From positions 1 to 56,622 of IMG/VR virus record IMGVR_UViG_3300031276_000001: a stretch of DNA of 56,622 nucleotides; one strand, given 5' to 3'. A model generated the notes under the pieces. The model saw only the letters and a list, made by a program, of their open reading frames with translations, made no database searches and had not been told where the DNA came from. This DNA comes from a virus. Positions 33,966-43,890 of this stretch are shown here, in pieces. Made by a program: the position numbers and the translations under genes. How positions within the stretch are numbered: the stretch's first letter is position 1; each line of letters starts with the position of its first letter.

Positions 33966-34278
33966 TTATATTAATCTCCTTTATTTCAAATTCAATACCC
34001 ATTTTTGCCATTAAAAGAACAAAATTAATTTCACTCATTCTTACTATTTCAGTTTTTTCGTTTATGTATCTTACAAAATATGCTTTTATACCTGCTATTT
34101 TCCTTATATTTGTTTTTGTTTTGCTTTTGCTTCTTGATTTTTCTAATAATATATATTTATAAGGTAAATTATTATTTATTCTTTTAATATAATCATTCCA
34201 AATATTTATCAATTTTGTTTGAGAATCATTATAATTATTTTTTAATATTTTAATTTCATAGAATGGCATCTTTTTCAT
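33958..34278 (-). CDS. Hypothetical protein (106 aa)
   Basis: Track ORF. Confidence 0.55.
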   Translation of the reverse strand: MKKMPFYEIKILKNNYNDSQTKLINIWNDYIKRINNNLPYKYILLEKSRSKSKTKTNIRKIAGIKAYFVRYINEKTEIVRMSEINFVLLMAKMGIEFEIKEININV

Positions 34279-34510
34279 TCCTTAGTGTAAAGATTAGTTT
34301 ATCATTATCAGCAGTATTCATATTAATAGATAAATCAAATATCATATTATTTATATTATTTTTCATCTCCTCAACTTCTTCAAAAATCAATTCAATAATT
34401 TCCGCTATTTCTGCTTTATTATCATAATCCCATGTCAATCCTGATTTACTAGCAATCATTTCAAAATAATAATTTAATAATCTAATTATTCTATTTCTTC
34501 TTAAATTCAT
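34256..34510 (-). CDS. Hypothetical protein (84 aa)
   Basis: Track ORF. Confidence 0.55.
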   Translation of the reverse strand: MNLRRNRIIRLLNYYFEMIASKSGLTWDYDNKAEIAEIIELIFEEVEEMKNNINNMIFDLSINMNTADNDKLIFTLRNEKDAIL

Positions 34511-34524
34511 AATTTAAAACCCTC

Positions 34525-35562
34525 CTATTTATAACTATTTATAATCAAATTTGCATTTTCTTCAAATACTTTTTTGTCATTAGTATAATATTCATTAATA
34601 TCTTTATAGCCTTTAATTTTTAAATTTGAAGCATTTAAATTTAAATCATGCAGCATTTTAATTAATTTTTTTGCTGCAATTTGTCCCCACTGCTTTTCAT
34701 CATTATCAAAAGCAATTAAAAATATAGTATCAACAAATTTATTTTTATTGCTTTTGATAATATCAACAAATTTATTTATCATTGAAATTGAATTTATTGC
34801 AATTGATTTAAAATATGAATTCTCGAACGATAAAGCATCCGCCCATCCTTCACAAACAAATAAGTATTTCAAATTATCATTGTATAAATAATCTATATTT
34901 AAAAATTCAGGTTTTAGACCTTTTAAATTATATATCTTATTATTATTCATTGATTTTTTATCATTTCTTCTTAAGATACAATTTACAATACATTCATTTT
35001 TCATTATTGGAATTATATACTCAAAAGCCCATATATTATTTACTTTTGGTAATAAACATTTCAAATCATTAGTAAATATTTTTAAAGGATTTCCGATAAT
35101 AAGTTTATTTTTTAAATAAATTTCTTTTCTGGTTATTCCTCTATTATAAAAATAAGAATAATCATTTTTTTTTGAATCATTAAAATATCCTAAGATAGTA
35201 TTATTTAGCAATATTATTTTATTGTCATTTACATATATTTTTTCTTCTTTTTTATAATTATTATTATGTTTATAGTCTTTTTTATCAATCTCAGGTAATT
35301 TTAAAATTTCAGCAGCTTTTTTTATAATTAAAGAAAAATCATCTTTATAATTAAGGCCTTCTAGTTCAGCAATAATATTTATTGAATCACCTTTTAACCC
35401 ACAGTGACAACAACAAATATTATTTTTAATTGATAAATTATTTCTAGGGTCTTTATGTCGTGAACTTAAACAAGTCCAATTACCTTGATTATTTGGAGGA
35501 ATAGCACCATAATATATTAAAATTTTTTGTAATCCATTTTTTATTTCATCTATATCAAACAT
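34525..35562 (-). CDS. DnaG-like primase (CHC2 zinc finger plus Toprim)
   Basis: CLSSRHKDPRNNLSIKNNICCCHCGLKGDSINII fits a CHC2 finger. The Toprim acidic motifs are FVCEGWADALS and IAFDNDEKQWG. Confidence 0.7.
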   Translation of the reverse strand: MFDIDEIKNGLQKILIYYGAIPPNNQGNWTCLSSRHKDPRNNLSIKNNICCCHCGLKGDSINIIAELEGLNYKDDFSLIIKKAAEILKLPEIDKKDYKHNNNYKKEEKIYVNDNKIILLNNTILGYFNDSKKNDYSYFYNRGITRKEIYLKNKLIIGNPLKIFTNDLKCLLPKVNNIWAFEYIIPIMKNECIVNCILRRNDKKSMNNNKIYNLKGLKPEFLNIDYLYNDNLKYLFVCEGWADALSFENSYFKSIAINSISMINKFVDIIKSNKNKFVDTIFLIAFDNDEKQWGQIAAKKLIKMLHDLNLNASNLKIKGYKDINEYYTNDKKVFEENANLIINSYK

Positions 35563-35570
35563 TATATCTC

Positions 35571-35732
35571 CTAATATTCGTGTTCCCTTAAAATTTCTTC
35601 AGCTTTTAATAAATATTGCATTGCTTGATTTATATGTTTTAAATATTCAATGTCCCATTCTTGTTTGCCTTCAATTATTTTTTCAGTACATGCCTTAATA
35701 GCATCTTTTATATAGTCGTTAATTGGTAACAT
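35571..35732 (-). CDS. Hypothetical small protein (53 aa)
   Basis: Hand-translated: MLPINDYIKDAIKACTEKIIEGKQEWDIEYLKHINQAMQYLLKAEEILREHEY. Confidence 0.4.
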   Translation of the reverse strand: MLPINDYIKDAIKACTEKIIEGKQEWDIEYLKHINQAMQYLLKAEEILREHEY

Positions 35733-35763
35733 TCTTTTCACATCCTTTTCACATCTTTTTTTT

Positions 35764-36336
35764 TCATATTAACTTTATTTCCAGTTCTGCATCATCTTTT
35801 TCAATTTCGATACCGTCTATTTTACATATTACACCATCACTATCAATTAATTCACCATCATCAGAAACATTAAGTGTTGATTTAAATTCTTTCCATTTTG
35901 GAGATTGTTTTAACTCAGTTTTTATAAATTCGTTCATTTTCTTTTCTTCAAAATATTTAATTAACTTTTCATCATCTTTTTTAACAATCTTATTTTTTTC
36001 TTTTTTAAAAATAAATTTTGCTGATGGTATCAAATATGTGGTTTGAGTCAATGTTTCTTGTAATCCACATGATATTTCACCATTTTCAAAAGCAGAATTC
36101 AAAGTAAATGTTATCTTATTTTTTATATTATCTTTTACTGATAATAATCTATTTTCAGCCTTTTTTAATTTTTCCTGATATTCTTTAATTCTTTTATTAC
36201 ATACATAAATATATCTTTCTGCCTCTTTTTCAGCGTTTTTTAATTGTTCGATCTCTTCTTCAAGGAAGCAATCCATTTCAATTTGTTTTTCAAGTCTTTT
36301 ATCTTTTATTTTTAATTCATTTTCTTTATTAGCCAT
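35764..36336 (-). CDS. Coiled-coil protein, possibly Gp157/Gam-like
   Basis: N-terminal coiled-coil plus a C-terminal globular part; sits in the recombination/replication neighbourhood. Weak recognition only. Confidence 0.3.
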   Translation of the reverse strand: MANKENELKIKDKRLEKQIEMDCFLEEEIEQLKNAEKEAERYIYVCNKRIKEYQEKLKKAENRLLSVKDNIKNKITFTLNSAFENGEISCGLQETLTQTTYLIPSAKFIFKKEKNKIVKKDDEKLIKYFEEKKMNEFIKTELKQSPKWKEFKSTLNVSDDGELIDSDGVICKIDGIEIEKDDAELEIKLI

Positions 36337-36722
36337 TATTTAAGTTCCTTTCTAATCATATAATAATATTTATATACCATTTCTTTATTATCAGAATAAA
36401 AAATAATATTTTTAAATTTAAATATATTTTTAATATTATCTTTACTTAATTGAATTTCTCTTTTATTAACAAATGCATATGAATTATATGTTTCAATATA
36501 GCAATTAGAATCATTATCAATCCATTCAATTCTATCTATATTATTAATATTATTTATATTCAAATCTTCTACATCATATTTTTCTAATATTTCAACGACT
36601 TCACAATTTTTATATATACATTCCTGATTAAGAAATATAAAAGTCAAATAAACAAATAATAATAATGAAATATTAATAATTAATAATGAATTTCCTATAA
36701 TTAATAACATTTTAGTTGACAT
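36336..36722 (-). CDS. Membrane-anchored hypothetical protein (128 aa)
   Basis: N-terminal TM segment (LLIIGNSLLIINISLLLFVYLTFIFL). Confidence 0.55.
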   Translation of the reverse strand: MSTKMLLIIGNSLLIINISLLLFVYLTFIFLNQECIYKNCEVVEILEKYDVEDLNINNINNIDRIEWIDNDSNCYIETYNSYAFVNKREIQLSKDNIKNIFKFKNIIFYSDNKEMVYKYYYMIRKELK

Positions 36723-36734
36723 CTTTTAATCCTC

Positions 36735-37409
36735 CTAATCATCTAAACAATTATATAAGACTTTTCCATTATTAATAATTAATAATGAATTATCATTATT
36801 TAAATTGTTTACTATTGTTATATATATTGTTTCATCTTCCATTATTTTTGATGTCTTTTTCAAATTACTTATTATTTCATTCCATAACTTAAGACATTCA
36901 GCATTGCCAGCCTTTGCATCCAAAACGCTATACATAAAATAATCATTTAAAGGAATAATATCAATACTATTATTTAATTTATTATATTTAATTTCAGCTA
37001 CATTTTTATAACATTCTTCAAATATAATTAATGCATTTTCTAAAGATATTTTTGTGTTAGAACTATTTTTAGTTGTTTCCTTTTCAGGTGTTTTCTTAAT
37101 TGATTCTTTTTCAATATTTTTTGTTGTTTCTGGGATTCTTGTTGTTTCTGGAATTCTTGTTGTTTCTGGAATTTTTGTTTCTATATTTTGTTGAGTTTGT
37201 TTTATTTGTTCATTAGTTTTATTATCTTCACTTGAACAAAGAGTTATAAACATAATTATTGTTATTAAACTTATAAAGAAAGAACATATAATTCTTATAG
37301 CATTATTATTTATATTTTTAAATAGATATCTATATGCTAAAATACCTATAGCTATATAAGGAACGAAAACCCATAATAAACACCATTTTATAAATTTCTT
37401 TAAATCCAT
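36735..37409 (-). CDS. Membrane protein with IPETTR repeats (224 aa)
   Basis: Two N-terminal TM segments followed by three IPETT(R/K) repeats. Confidence 0.6.
   Translation of the reverse strand: MDLKKFIKWCLLWVFVPYIAIGILAYRYLFKNINNNAIRIICSFFISLITIIMFITLCSSEDNKTNEQIKQTQQNIETKIPETTRIPETTRIPETTKNIEKESIKKTPEKETTKNSSNTKISLENALIIFEECYKNVAEIKYNKLNNSIDIIPLNDYFMYSVLDAKAGNAECLKLWNEIISNLKKTSKIMEDETIYITIVNNLNNDNSLLIINNGKVLYNCLDD
37123..37176. repeat. 3 x 18-bp tandem repeat (gttgtttctggRattYtt)
   Basis: Three consecutive near-identical 18-mers within the coding sequence. Confidence 0.85.
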
Positions 37410-37431
37410 TTTTAAAAACCTCCTACAATTT

Positions 37432-37689
37432 TTAATTTATTTTTTTTATTATTTCAAACTTCTTTTTAACTACTTCATTTGTATTTTTCATAAGTATTAT
37501 TAAAAAAAATTGCTGTTTTTCGTTTAATTCCTCAATATATAATTGAGGTCTTCCACCTAATTTACTTGGATTAGTTTTTTTTATCTTTAATTTTCCTAAA
37601 GATAGAAACATTTTTTCATAAGTTTTTACTAATCTCATTATAGAAAAATGTTGCATTTTCAATCGTTTTGCTATTTCTGTACTCTTCAT
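37432..37689 (-). CDS. Rha-N-terminal-like HTH protein (85 aa)
   Basis: STEIAKRLKMQHFSIMRLVK...GGRPQLYIEELNEKQQFFLIILM parallels the N-terminal domain of ORF 51954..52727. Confidence 0.5.
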   Translation of the reverse strand: MKSTEIAKRLKMQHFSIMRLVKTYEKMFLSLGKLKIKKTNPSKLGGRPQLYIEELNEKQQFFLIILMKNTNEVVKKKFEIIKKIN

Positions 37690-37724
37690 AAATACCCCTC
37701 TCTTTTATTCACCCCCATATAAAT

Positions 37725-37782
37725 TTATTGACATATTTATTTAAACACTATTTTACAATGTTTTTTTAAATATGTCAATAAA
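37725..37782 (-). promoter_or_regulatory. Promoter flanked by a 15-bp inverted repeat (operator candidate)
   Basis: On the minus strand: TTGACA (37778-37773), 17 nt, TAAAAT (37755-37750). The inverted repeat is ttattgacatattta (37725-37739) / taaatatgtcaataa (37768-37782). Confidence 0.5.
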
Positions 37783-37801
37783 CCGGCTGGGAAAATTTTA
37801 T

Positions 37802-38344
37802 TTAAAATTCAAAAATATTATAATCTATTTTTTTATAATCGTTATTGCTTATTCTTATAATTTCGTCAAATCCTTCGTTGATCTCAGGATAAATATATTT
37901 ATCATTCATTTTATTTATAGTTTCAACCATTTGTAAATCATTATTTTTTTTTGCCCTCTCAATACAAAGTTCTTTTGATGTATCTATATGAAAACAATAA
38001 ATTTTATAATTATATTTTTTAGCAAGTTTTATTATTTTCTTTCTTGCATATTCATAAACATTTGTTTCATCAACAAAAATATAATTACCATTCTGTAATA
38101 ATATTTTTAAAAAATGTTCATTAATTGACCACATAAAATTTTCACCTTCATCATACCATCTACATCCATATAATTGAAATCTTAATTGATCAGCTGAAAT
38201 TAATACAATTCCTTGATTCCTATTCATTACAATCCTTCTTAATGTACTTTTACCAGAACGTGGTAAACCAACAGTAATAAAAATGCGTTTTTCTTTTTCA
38301 GTAAAATTAATTAATTTATCTTTTTTTTCACTAGTTTCAATCAT
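37802..38344 (-). CDS. P-loop kinase (AAA_33 / zeta-toxin-like fold)
   Basis: Walker A GLPRSGKST near the N-terminus and Walker B-like YIFVDETN; 180 aa. Confidence 0.55.
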   Translation of the reverse strand: MIETSEKKDKLINFTEKEKRIFITVGLPRSGKSTLRRIVMNRNQGIVLISADQLRFQLYGCRWYDEGENFMWSINEHFLKILLQNGNYIFVDETNVYEYARKKIIKLAKKYNYKIYCFHIDTSKELCIERAKKNNDLQMVETINKMNDKYIYPEINEGFDEIIRISNNDYKKIDYNIFEF

Positions 38345-38446
38345 TTATAAAATCCTCCTATATTAATATATAATACTAATTACCTCAATCTTTACAGGTA
38401 TTTTTTATTTTCTTCTTTTTTTTTTGTAATTATTTTTAAATTTACT

Positions 38447-38656
38447 TTAAATATCATTTTTTTTATATCCAATTTCAAATTGAATATTTTCAGTTTCAAC
38501 ATCTATAACATGACCGTTTTCCAATTCAATGATAGCCATTGGTGTTTGCCCTTCGGCATCACCATATTGAAAAAACCCATGAAAATATCCAATATTACAC
38601 TTAAATTCACCATGCAATATTTTTACTTTTCTTAATTTAAGTCTATCCATTATCAT
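38447..38656 (-). CDS. Hypothetical protein (69 aa)
   Basis: Track ORF. Confidence 0.5.
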   Translation of the reverse strand: MIMDRLKLRKVKILHGEFKCNIGYFHGFFQYGDAEGQTPMAIIELENGHVIDVETENIQFEIGYKKNDI

Positions 38657-38700
38657 TATCCTTTCTAAAATCTATATTATATTTTATCTATTATTTTTAA

Positions 38701-39843
38701 TCATAATAAATTACTTCTAATATCTTTTAATGTTTCAGCTGCGATTTTTCCAGATTGTCCACGAAATTTTTCAGGAAATATATTTTCTATAAAATCTTTT
38801 TCCTCATCTTTCATTCCATCAATTAAAGCTTTTTCAATTAAAATAAGCATTTCCTTAAAATCTTTTGCATGATATCCAATTTTTTTTGAATATATTTGAT
38901 ATTCTAAATTTTGAGTATCATTTTCAAAATGTTTCATTGTATCATGTTTGCATATCCAATCTGGAAAAACAACAGGTGTTCCTATTGCCCACGCTTCATA
39001 TAAAGTTGACCCAGCATCAGCAATTACAACATCAGCATCAATTAATTCCTGAAAAGTTGGAGTTTGTTTCTTTTTTGCATTCATTTTAGTTGTTGGATGC
39101 ATTCCATTTATAATTTCATACTCATCAGGAAATTGATTTAAAAATTTTTCAAAAAATGGATAACTTGACCGACCTTTATGCTTATTTCCGTAACCATGTG
39201 TTGGTAACCATGCAATAATCGGTTTTTCACTTCGTCTTTTACCATATTTACCTTGAAAAATTGGGTCAAGTTTTGTGTATCCAACTTGGAATATTTCACC
39301 TTTATATCCTGTATTTCTCATTCTACATTCCCATGTAGGTCCAGGACAAAAAGCATAATTAAAATATTTTATATGTTTTCCTATCCAATAATTTTTATCA
39401 CCTATTCCATGTGACATAAAAATATCATTTGGACCAATTGAACATTTACCCTGTTGATTTATTCGCATTGATGAAAAAAACCTGATATTTAATCCTTTAT
39501 AATCTATACCAGGAACCGGCCTTGAAAAATATCCAGCCTCATCTTTTGGCAATTTTTCAATTATTGGATTTGCTAGTGCTTCAATTGCATAACTATAAGC
39601 ATTTCCAGCATGTTGATTAACTTCGTCATATATGAAATTATAGTTTAATCCTGTTTTTAATCCATGTCTTTTTTTATATGATTCATTATTATATTCGTCA
39701 ATCCTTAAATCTTTATTTGATCTTACTAATTTAAAATCATAATCAGAACTACCAGTATAAATTGTTTGCTCTTCAAATGGTTTAAATGTCCACCCTTCTA
39801 TTTTTATAACATAATGTGCTTTATTAAAAATTACAGCTCTCAT
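38701..39843 (-). CDS. Putative polyol-phosphate transferase (TagF/TarL, CDP-glycerol glycerophosphotransferase-like)
   Basis: IIAWLPTHGYG, GMHPTT and ELIDADVVIADAGSTLYEAWAIGTPVVF parallel conserved blocks of the Glyphos_transf family. Last gene of the operon. Confidence 0.45.
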   Translation of the reverse strand: MRAVIFNKAHYVIKIEGWTFKPFEEQTIYTGSSDYDFKLVRSNKDLRIDEYNNESYKKRHGLKTGLNYNFIYDEVNQHAGNAYSYAIEALANPIIEKLPKDEAGYFSRPVPGIDYKGLNIRFFSSMRINQQGKCSIGPNDIFMSHGIGDKNYWIGKHIKYFNYAFCPGPTWECRMRNTGYKGEIFQVGYTKLDPIFQGKYGKRRSEKPIIAWLPTHGYGNKHKGRSSYPFFEKFLNQFPDEYEIINGMHPTTKMNAKKKQTPTFQELIDADVVIADAGSTLYEAWAIGTPVVFPDWICKHDTMKHFENDTQNLEYQIYSKKIGYHAKDFKEMLILIEKALIDGMKDEEKDFIENIFPEKFRGQSGKIAAETLKDIRSNLL

Positions 39844-39844
39844 A

Positions 39845-40519
39845 TTACCTCCTAGTAAATATAACTTGATTATCTAAAAATTTCCCATCTTCAATAATAT
39901 CTAAAATAAATTTTGCTATTTCTACAGGCTTCAACATGTTATTGAAATCATCATCGGGTGCGATATCTTTTCTTAATTGGCTATCAAAAGCCCCCGGTGC
40001 TATTGTATAAACTTTTATATTATATGGTTTTAATTCTTCAGATAAAGACAAACTAAAACTAACTAAAGCCGCTTTTGTTGCTGCATAAATTGCACGACCT
40101 GGTCTATTTCTAAAAGCGGCCGTGCTTGCTATATTTAGAATTTTACCTTTAAAATAAAGCTCTTTGCATAATTTAGAATATGCTTTACATAAATTTATAG
40201 CTCCAAATACATTGACCTTAAATTGCTCCAAAACATTATTAATATTAATATTAAAAATTCCTTCTGGAATACATATTCCAGCATTATTAATTAATGCAAA
40301 TGGAATAACTTTATATTTAATATAATAATCATGGAATTCATCTATAAATTTATCTATTTCACTATAATTTGTAATATCTAATTCATTGTATTTCGTTACT
40401 CCAAAATAAAAAAAACCTCTTTTACATGCTTCTTTTGCTATTGCAGCACCTAACCCTCGTGAAGCTCCTGAAATTATTATTGAATTCCCAACAATCGGAT
40501 TAGTCATCATTAACACCAC
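39845..40519 (-). CDS. Short-chain dehydrogenase/reductase
   Basis: Cofactor motif ISGASRGLGAAIA; catalytic S...YAATKAAL. Confidence 0.85.
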   Translation of the reverse strand: MVLMMTNPIVGNSIIISGASRGLGAAIAKEACKRGFFYFGVTKYNELDITNYSEIDKFIDEFHDYYIKYKVIPFALINNAGICIPEGIFNININNVLEQFKVNVFGAINLCKAYSKLCKELYFKGKILNIASTAAFRNRPGRAIYAATKAALVSFSLSLSEELKPYNIKVYTIAPGAFDSQLRKDIAPDDDFNNMLKPVEIAKFILDIIEDGKFLDNQVIFTRR

Positions 40520-41216
40520 ACTTCGTTTTATATATTATTTCAGCTATTTTTAAATCAAGTGGTGTTGTTACTTTTATATTTTCTTCTTCTCCTATTATAG
40601 TATTAATTTCAATACCATTATCTATATTGTTTAATAAAGCTACATCATCAGTATAATTTAAATAATTATAATCATTATTTTCGTTCGCTATTTTTTGTGC
40701 CATTTTATGGCATTCTTTTAGAATATCCGTTCTAAATCTTTGTGGCATTTGAACCTCAAAAATATTATTTCTATTAATTGAATCTGCTATAATATATTTT
40801 TCTGTATCAATTATTTTTATAGGTGTAGATTTTAAACCAATAACAGGTGTCAACGCTTGACATAGTTGATATTTTATAATTATATCTAATAATTTAGATG
40901 ATATAAAAGGTCTTACACCCTCCGCAATCAAAACATAAGATGTTTGGACTTCTTGAAGTCCATAGAATACTGATTGTTGTCGAGTTTTTCCAGCACTACA
41001 AAATTTACATAATGAAATATTATAATTAGAACACATTTTTTTTATTTTTTCTTTTTCGTTCGTCGGAATTATGATATCTCTAATAAATACATTTTTATTT
41101 AATATTTCCAACCCATGAATTAACAAAGGTTTTCCACCCAATATGTAATATTGTTTAGGATATCCAAGTTTTGCCCTTATTCCCTCACCTCCACAAAGAT
41201 AAATAACATCAATCAT
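40500..41216 (-). CDS. IspD/TarI-family cytidylyltransferase (CDP-alditol synthesis)
   Basis: N-terminal LCGGEGIRAKLGYPKQY...GGKPLL is the signature of the family; 238 aa. Confidence 0.75.
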   Translation of the reverse strand: MIDVIYLCGGEGIRAKLGYPKQYYILGGKPLLIHGLEILNKNVFIRDIIIPTNEKEKIKKMCSNYNISLCKFCSAGKTRQQSVFYGLQEVQTSYVLIAEGVRPFISSKLLDIIIKYQLCQALTPVIGLKSTPIKIIDTEKYIIADSINRNNIFEVQMPQRFRTDILKECHKMAQKIANENNDYNYLNYTDDVALLNNIDNGIEINTIIGEEENIKVTTPLDLKIAEIIYKTKCGVNDD

Positions 41217-41610
41217 TTTTTATATCCTCCATTTTACAATTAAAATATTTAATATTCTTTTTAAACATTGCTGTCATTTGTATTGATTCTACAATTGAAT
41301 TTATTCCAAATAAATATAATTTTTCAAATTCTATAAGAATTGAATCATAATTATTATTTTTTATATATTTCCATAATTCATTATTATGACAATTAGAAAT
41401 AGTTTCAAAACACTTATTTACCATCTTTATTTTTTTTCTGATTTTATCAATCTCATTACCATATTCTTCTATTTCTTCTTTTACAATTGCCCACCCTTCA
41501 TGGATTGTATTAAATTTTTCATCATGTTTTTTATTACTTCTATCAATTTCAAAATCTATTAATTTTTCGATAACTTGTGTTAACTTATCAGGTTTATAAT
41601 CCATTTTCAA
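41209..41610 (-). CDS. Hypothetical protein within the glycan operon (133 aa)
   Basis: Track ORF that overlaps both neighbours. Confidence 0.55.
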   Translation of the reverse strand: MKMDYKPDKLTQVIEKLIDFEIDRSNKKHDEKFNTIHEGWAIVKEEIEEYGNEIDKIRKKIKMVNKCFETISNCHNNELWKYIKNNNYDSILIEFEKLYLFGINSIVESIQMTAMFKKNIKYFNCKMEDIKND

Positions 41611-42275
41611 ATCTCCAATCTAAATTTATTTTTTCTTATACATTGTTTTTTATATGTATTAGCATAGTTTTGCAAAACTATTGTATTTTTATTTAATTCA
41701 CTTTGATTGCATGATATAATTCTTTGTCCTTCTTTCCTATTACCATCAATTTTGTAAATTGTATATTTATTAGCTACAATACGCCGCCAATATCTAGCAA
41801 CGAAATAAACTGAGATATATTTATTTTCTTTCTTAATTCGGTTAAAATAAACTTTAAATTTTCTCAAAGTTTCGTCAATTCCAGGATGATTTTTAACAGC
41901 TCCAAAAAATCCTATATCTGCTTGACCTCCTTTAGTATTGGAACAAAACATTGAATGTTTTTCAAAATATTTAATACTTTCAATTGGTTTTAAACATTTT
42001 GAATCAATATCTACATAAACGCCACCATAAAGATTTATTAATTCTAATCTCAATAAATCTGCTTTTGTTGCATATATTGGTATCATTTTAATCGCAGCTT
42101 TATTTATTATTCTCTTCCAAATATATTTAAGTTTTACATCGTCCCATAATTTTATATCCCATTCAGGATTATAATATTTATAACTATCTATATTATAAAT
42201 AAAATTATTTTTGTATGGTCCTAACCATATAAAATGTAATTTTTTTGGTATCATTTTTTTATCATTCATATCCAT
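41607..42275 (-). CDS. GT32-type glycosyltransferase (DXD sugar-binding region)
   Basis: IPKKLHFIWLG and KADLLRLELINLYGGVYVDIDS. Confidence 0.6.
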   Translation of the reverse strand: MDMNDKKMIPKKLHFIWLGPYKNNFIYNIDSYKYYNPEWDIKLWDDVKLKYIWKRIINKAAIKMIPIYATKADLLRLELINLYGGVYVDIDSKCLKPIESIKYFEKHSMFCSNTKGGQADIGFFGAVKNHPGIDETLRKFKVYFNRIKKENKYISVYFVARYWRRIVANKYTIYKIDGNRKEGQRIISCNQSELNKNTIVLQNYANTYKKQCIRKNKFRLEI

Positions 42276-42960
42276 TTAAAATTTTTAGTTTAATTAATAG
42301 TTCCTTACTTTCACAATCCCATTTTTCTATATTTTTTTTTGTATATCTTGTGCAGTGACCATTTTTATCTTTATTATAAATTGTAAAAATTTCATTAGTT
42401 CCAATAAATAAAGCACCCGCATTTGCGAAGGTTATCCATAAAAAAGCATTACAGAATTCAGAATTTAAATATTTGGAATGATTCCATAATGATTTTCTAA
42501 ATATTGAATGACTTGATATCCAATATTTCAAACCTAAAAGTTTTTTATTATTTACTTTTTTAAATTTTAAATATTTATTTCTTTTCCCAAATTCAATAAT
42601 TTTCATACCTCCACAAATTACATCAAAATTATTATATTTCTCAAAATATTTTGTTGCATTACTTGTAATCTCATCATCTATATCAAGATACATTATAAAT
42701 TTAGAATAGCATATTTCAACTGCTTTGTTTCTTACGTTTCCCATATTAGTATGCTTATTAATGAAATGAAATTTATAAGATATTTTTGCATCCATTAAAA
42801 TTTTTTCAGCATTAACAAAATTTTTTATATTATATCTAGTTCCAGATTGAACAATCGTAACCATTATAGGTTTTATATTTAGTTTTGCAATTGATTTTGC
42901 CCATCTTATTAAATATCTATCATACCAATTATAACAACTTGTGCAAATCCCAAAACTCAT
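42262..42960 (-). CDS. Family 2-like glycosyltransferase
   Basis: N-terminal ICTSCYN..., then a YLDIDDE DXD motif; 232 aa. Confidence 0.5.
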   Translation of the reverse strand: MSFGICTSCYNWYDRYLIRWAKSIAKLNIKPIMVTIVQSGTRYNIKNFVNAEKILMDAKISYKFHFINKHTNMGNVRNKAVEICYSKFIMYLDIDDEITSNATKYFEKYNNFDVICGGMKIIEFGKRNKYLKFKKVNNKKLLGLKYWISSHSIFRKSLWNHSKYLNSEFCNAFLWITFANAGALFIGTNEIFTIYNKDKNGHCTRYTKKNIEKWDCESKELLIKLKILNGYE

Positions 42961-42972
42961 ATAATTATCCCC

Positions 42973-43890
42973 TTATTTTAAACTTGACTTAAGAAAATTG
43001 TGTGCTCTTCTTCTTTCTTTTGTAATGAATTTTTCAAAATCATCATATTTATAATTTAGTAATGTTTCAAATCTACTTTTTACTTTTGGATATGCATTAC
43101 CTATCAAATAATAATCTTTTTTAAATATTTTACTCAAAATTAATCCATGATAAGACGTTGTTATTATTTTTTCGGAATTCATGTAACATTTTAATAATTT
43201 TTCAACTTGAAATCCTTTATTTAAAATATGTATAATTCCTTGTTTTTTAGCTGCCTTTTTTAATATATTAATATGTTTTTGGTTCTTATTATTCAGAAAA
43301 TATCCAAATATATATTTATTGGGATATTTAAAATTTGATGTGCTTGCTAATTTATACCATACATTTGGGTTAACAATTAATGTTGGGTCAAGTAATAATT
43401 GTGCTTTTTTACCTGATATATTTTTTATTATTTCTATTGCCTTAATTTCCCGCACTGATATTCTCTTATATTTATTTAAATGTTCTGCATATTTAGTTTC
43501 AAATAAAGTTGATAAACTATCAACACCAAAACTAGCAGAAAAGGCAACAAGTTTTTTATTATCAATTCGTTTTAATCTTTTAATTAAATTTAATTGTCTT
43601 GTTGCTCTTATCATTGGATTAAATACTTGATCACTACCAATCAAAAAATAATCATATTCGTTCTCAACTTCTTCAAGATTTGGAATAAATCTTGTTTTTA
43701 TATTTTCGTCAGTAAACTTTTTTAATATTTCTTCTTTTGCATTTTTTGGTTTAATCTTATTAAAATATAATGTTTCTGCATTATATCCAAGCTCTTTTAA
43801 TATTTCCTGAACTGCATAATTTTGTAGCCTATTACCATAATTTGAATATACAAATAATGTTATTATCCCAATTTTCATAAGCTTATCCAC
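42973..43890 (-). CDS. Polysaccharide pyruvyl transferase-like protein
   Basis: KIGIITLFVYSNYGNRLQNYAVQ and ITTSYHGLILS match the conserved N- and C-terminal blocks of PS_pyruv_trans. Confidence 0.6.
   Translation of the reverse strand: MDKLMKIGIITLFVYSNYGNRLQNYAVQEILKELGYNAETLYFNKIKPKNAKEEILKKFTDENIKTRFIPNLEEVENEYDYFLIGSDQVFNPMIRATRQLNLIKRLKRIDNKKLVAFSASFGVDSLSTLFETKYAEHLNKYKRISVREIKAIEIIKNISGKKAQLLLDPTLIVNPNVWYKLASTSNFKYPNKYIFGYFLNNKNQKHINILKKAAKKQGIIHILNKGFQVEKLLKCYMNSEKIITTSYHGLILSKIFKKDYYLIGNAYPKVKSRFETLLNYKYDDFEKFITKERRRAHNFLKSSLK

Noticed and set aside
88-36046. Plus-strand track ORFs embedded antisense in long minus-strand genes: 88-288, 362-550, 367-558, 929-1111, 1613-1819, 2412-2681, 2555-2761, 4542-4724, 6246-6587, 9108-9602, 13288-13497, 19083-19310, 25418-25723, 26021-26281, 26348-26602, 26942-27151, 27775-27987, 29857-30114, 31146-31526, 31740-31952, 32133-32393, 34815-35072, 35723-36046
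   Set aside because: Each lies wholly inside a longer, motif-bearing or operon-consistent ORF on the other strand. They have low-complexity F/L/I/S-rich translations, typical of the antisense of AT-rich coding DNA, and they lack RBS sequences.
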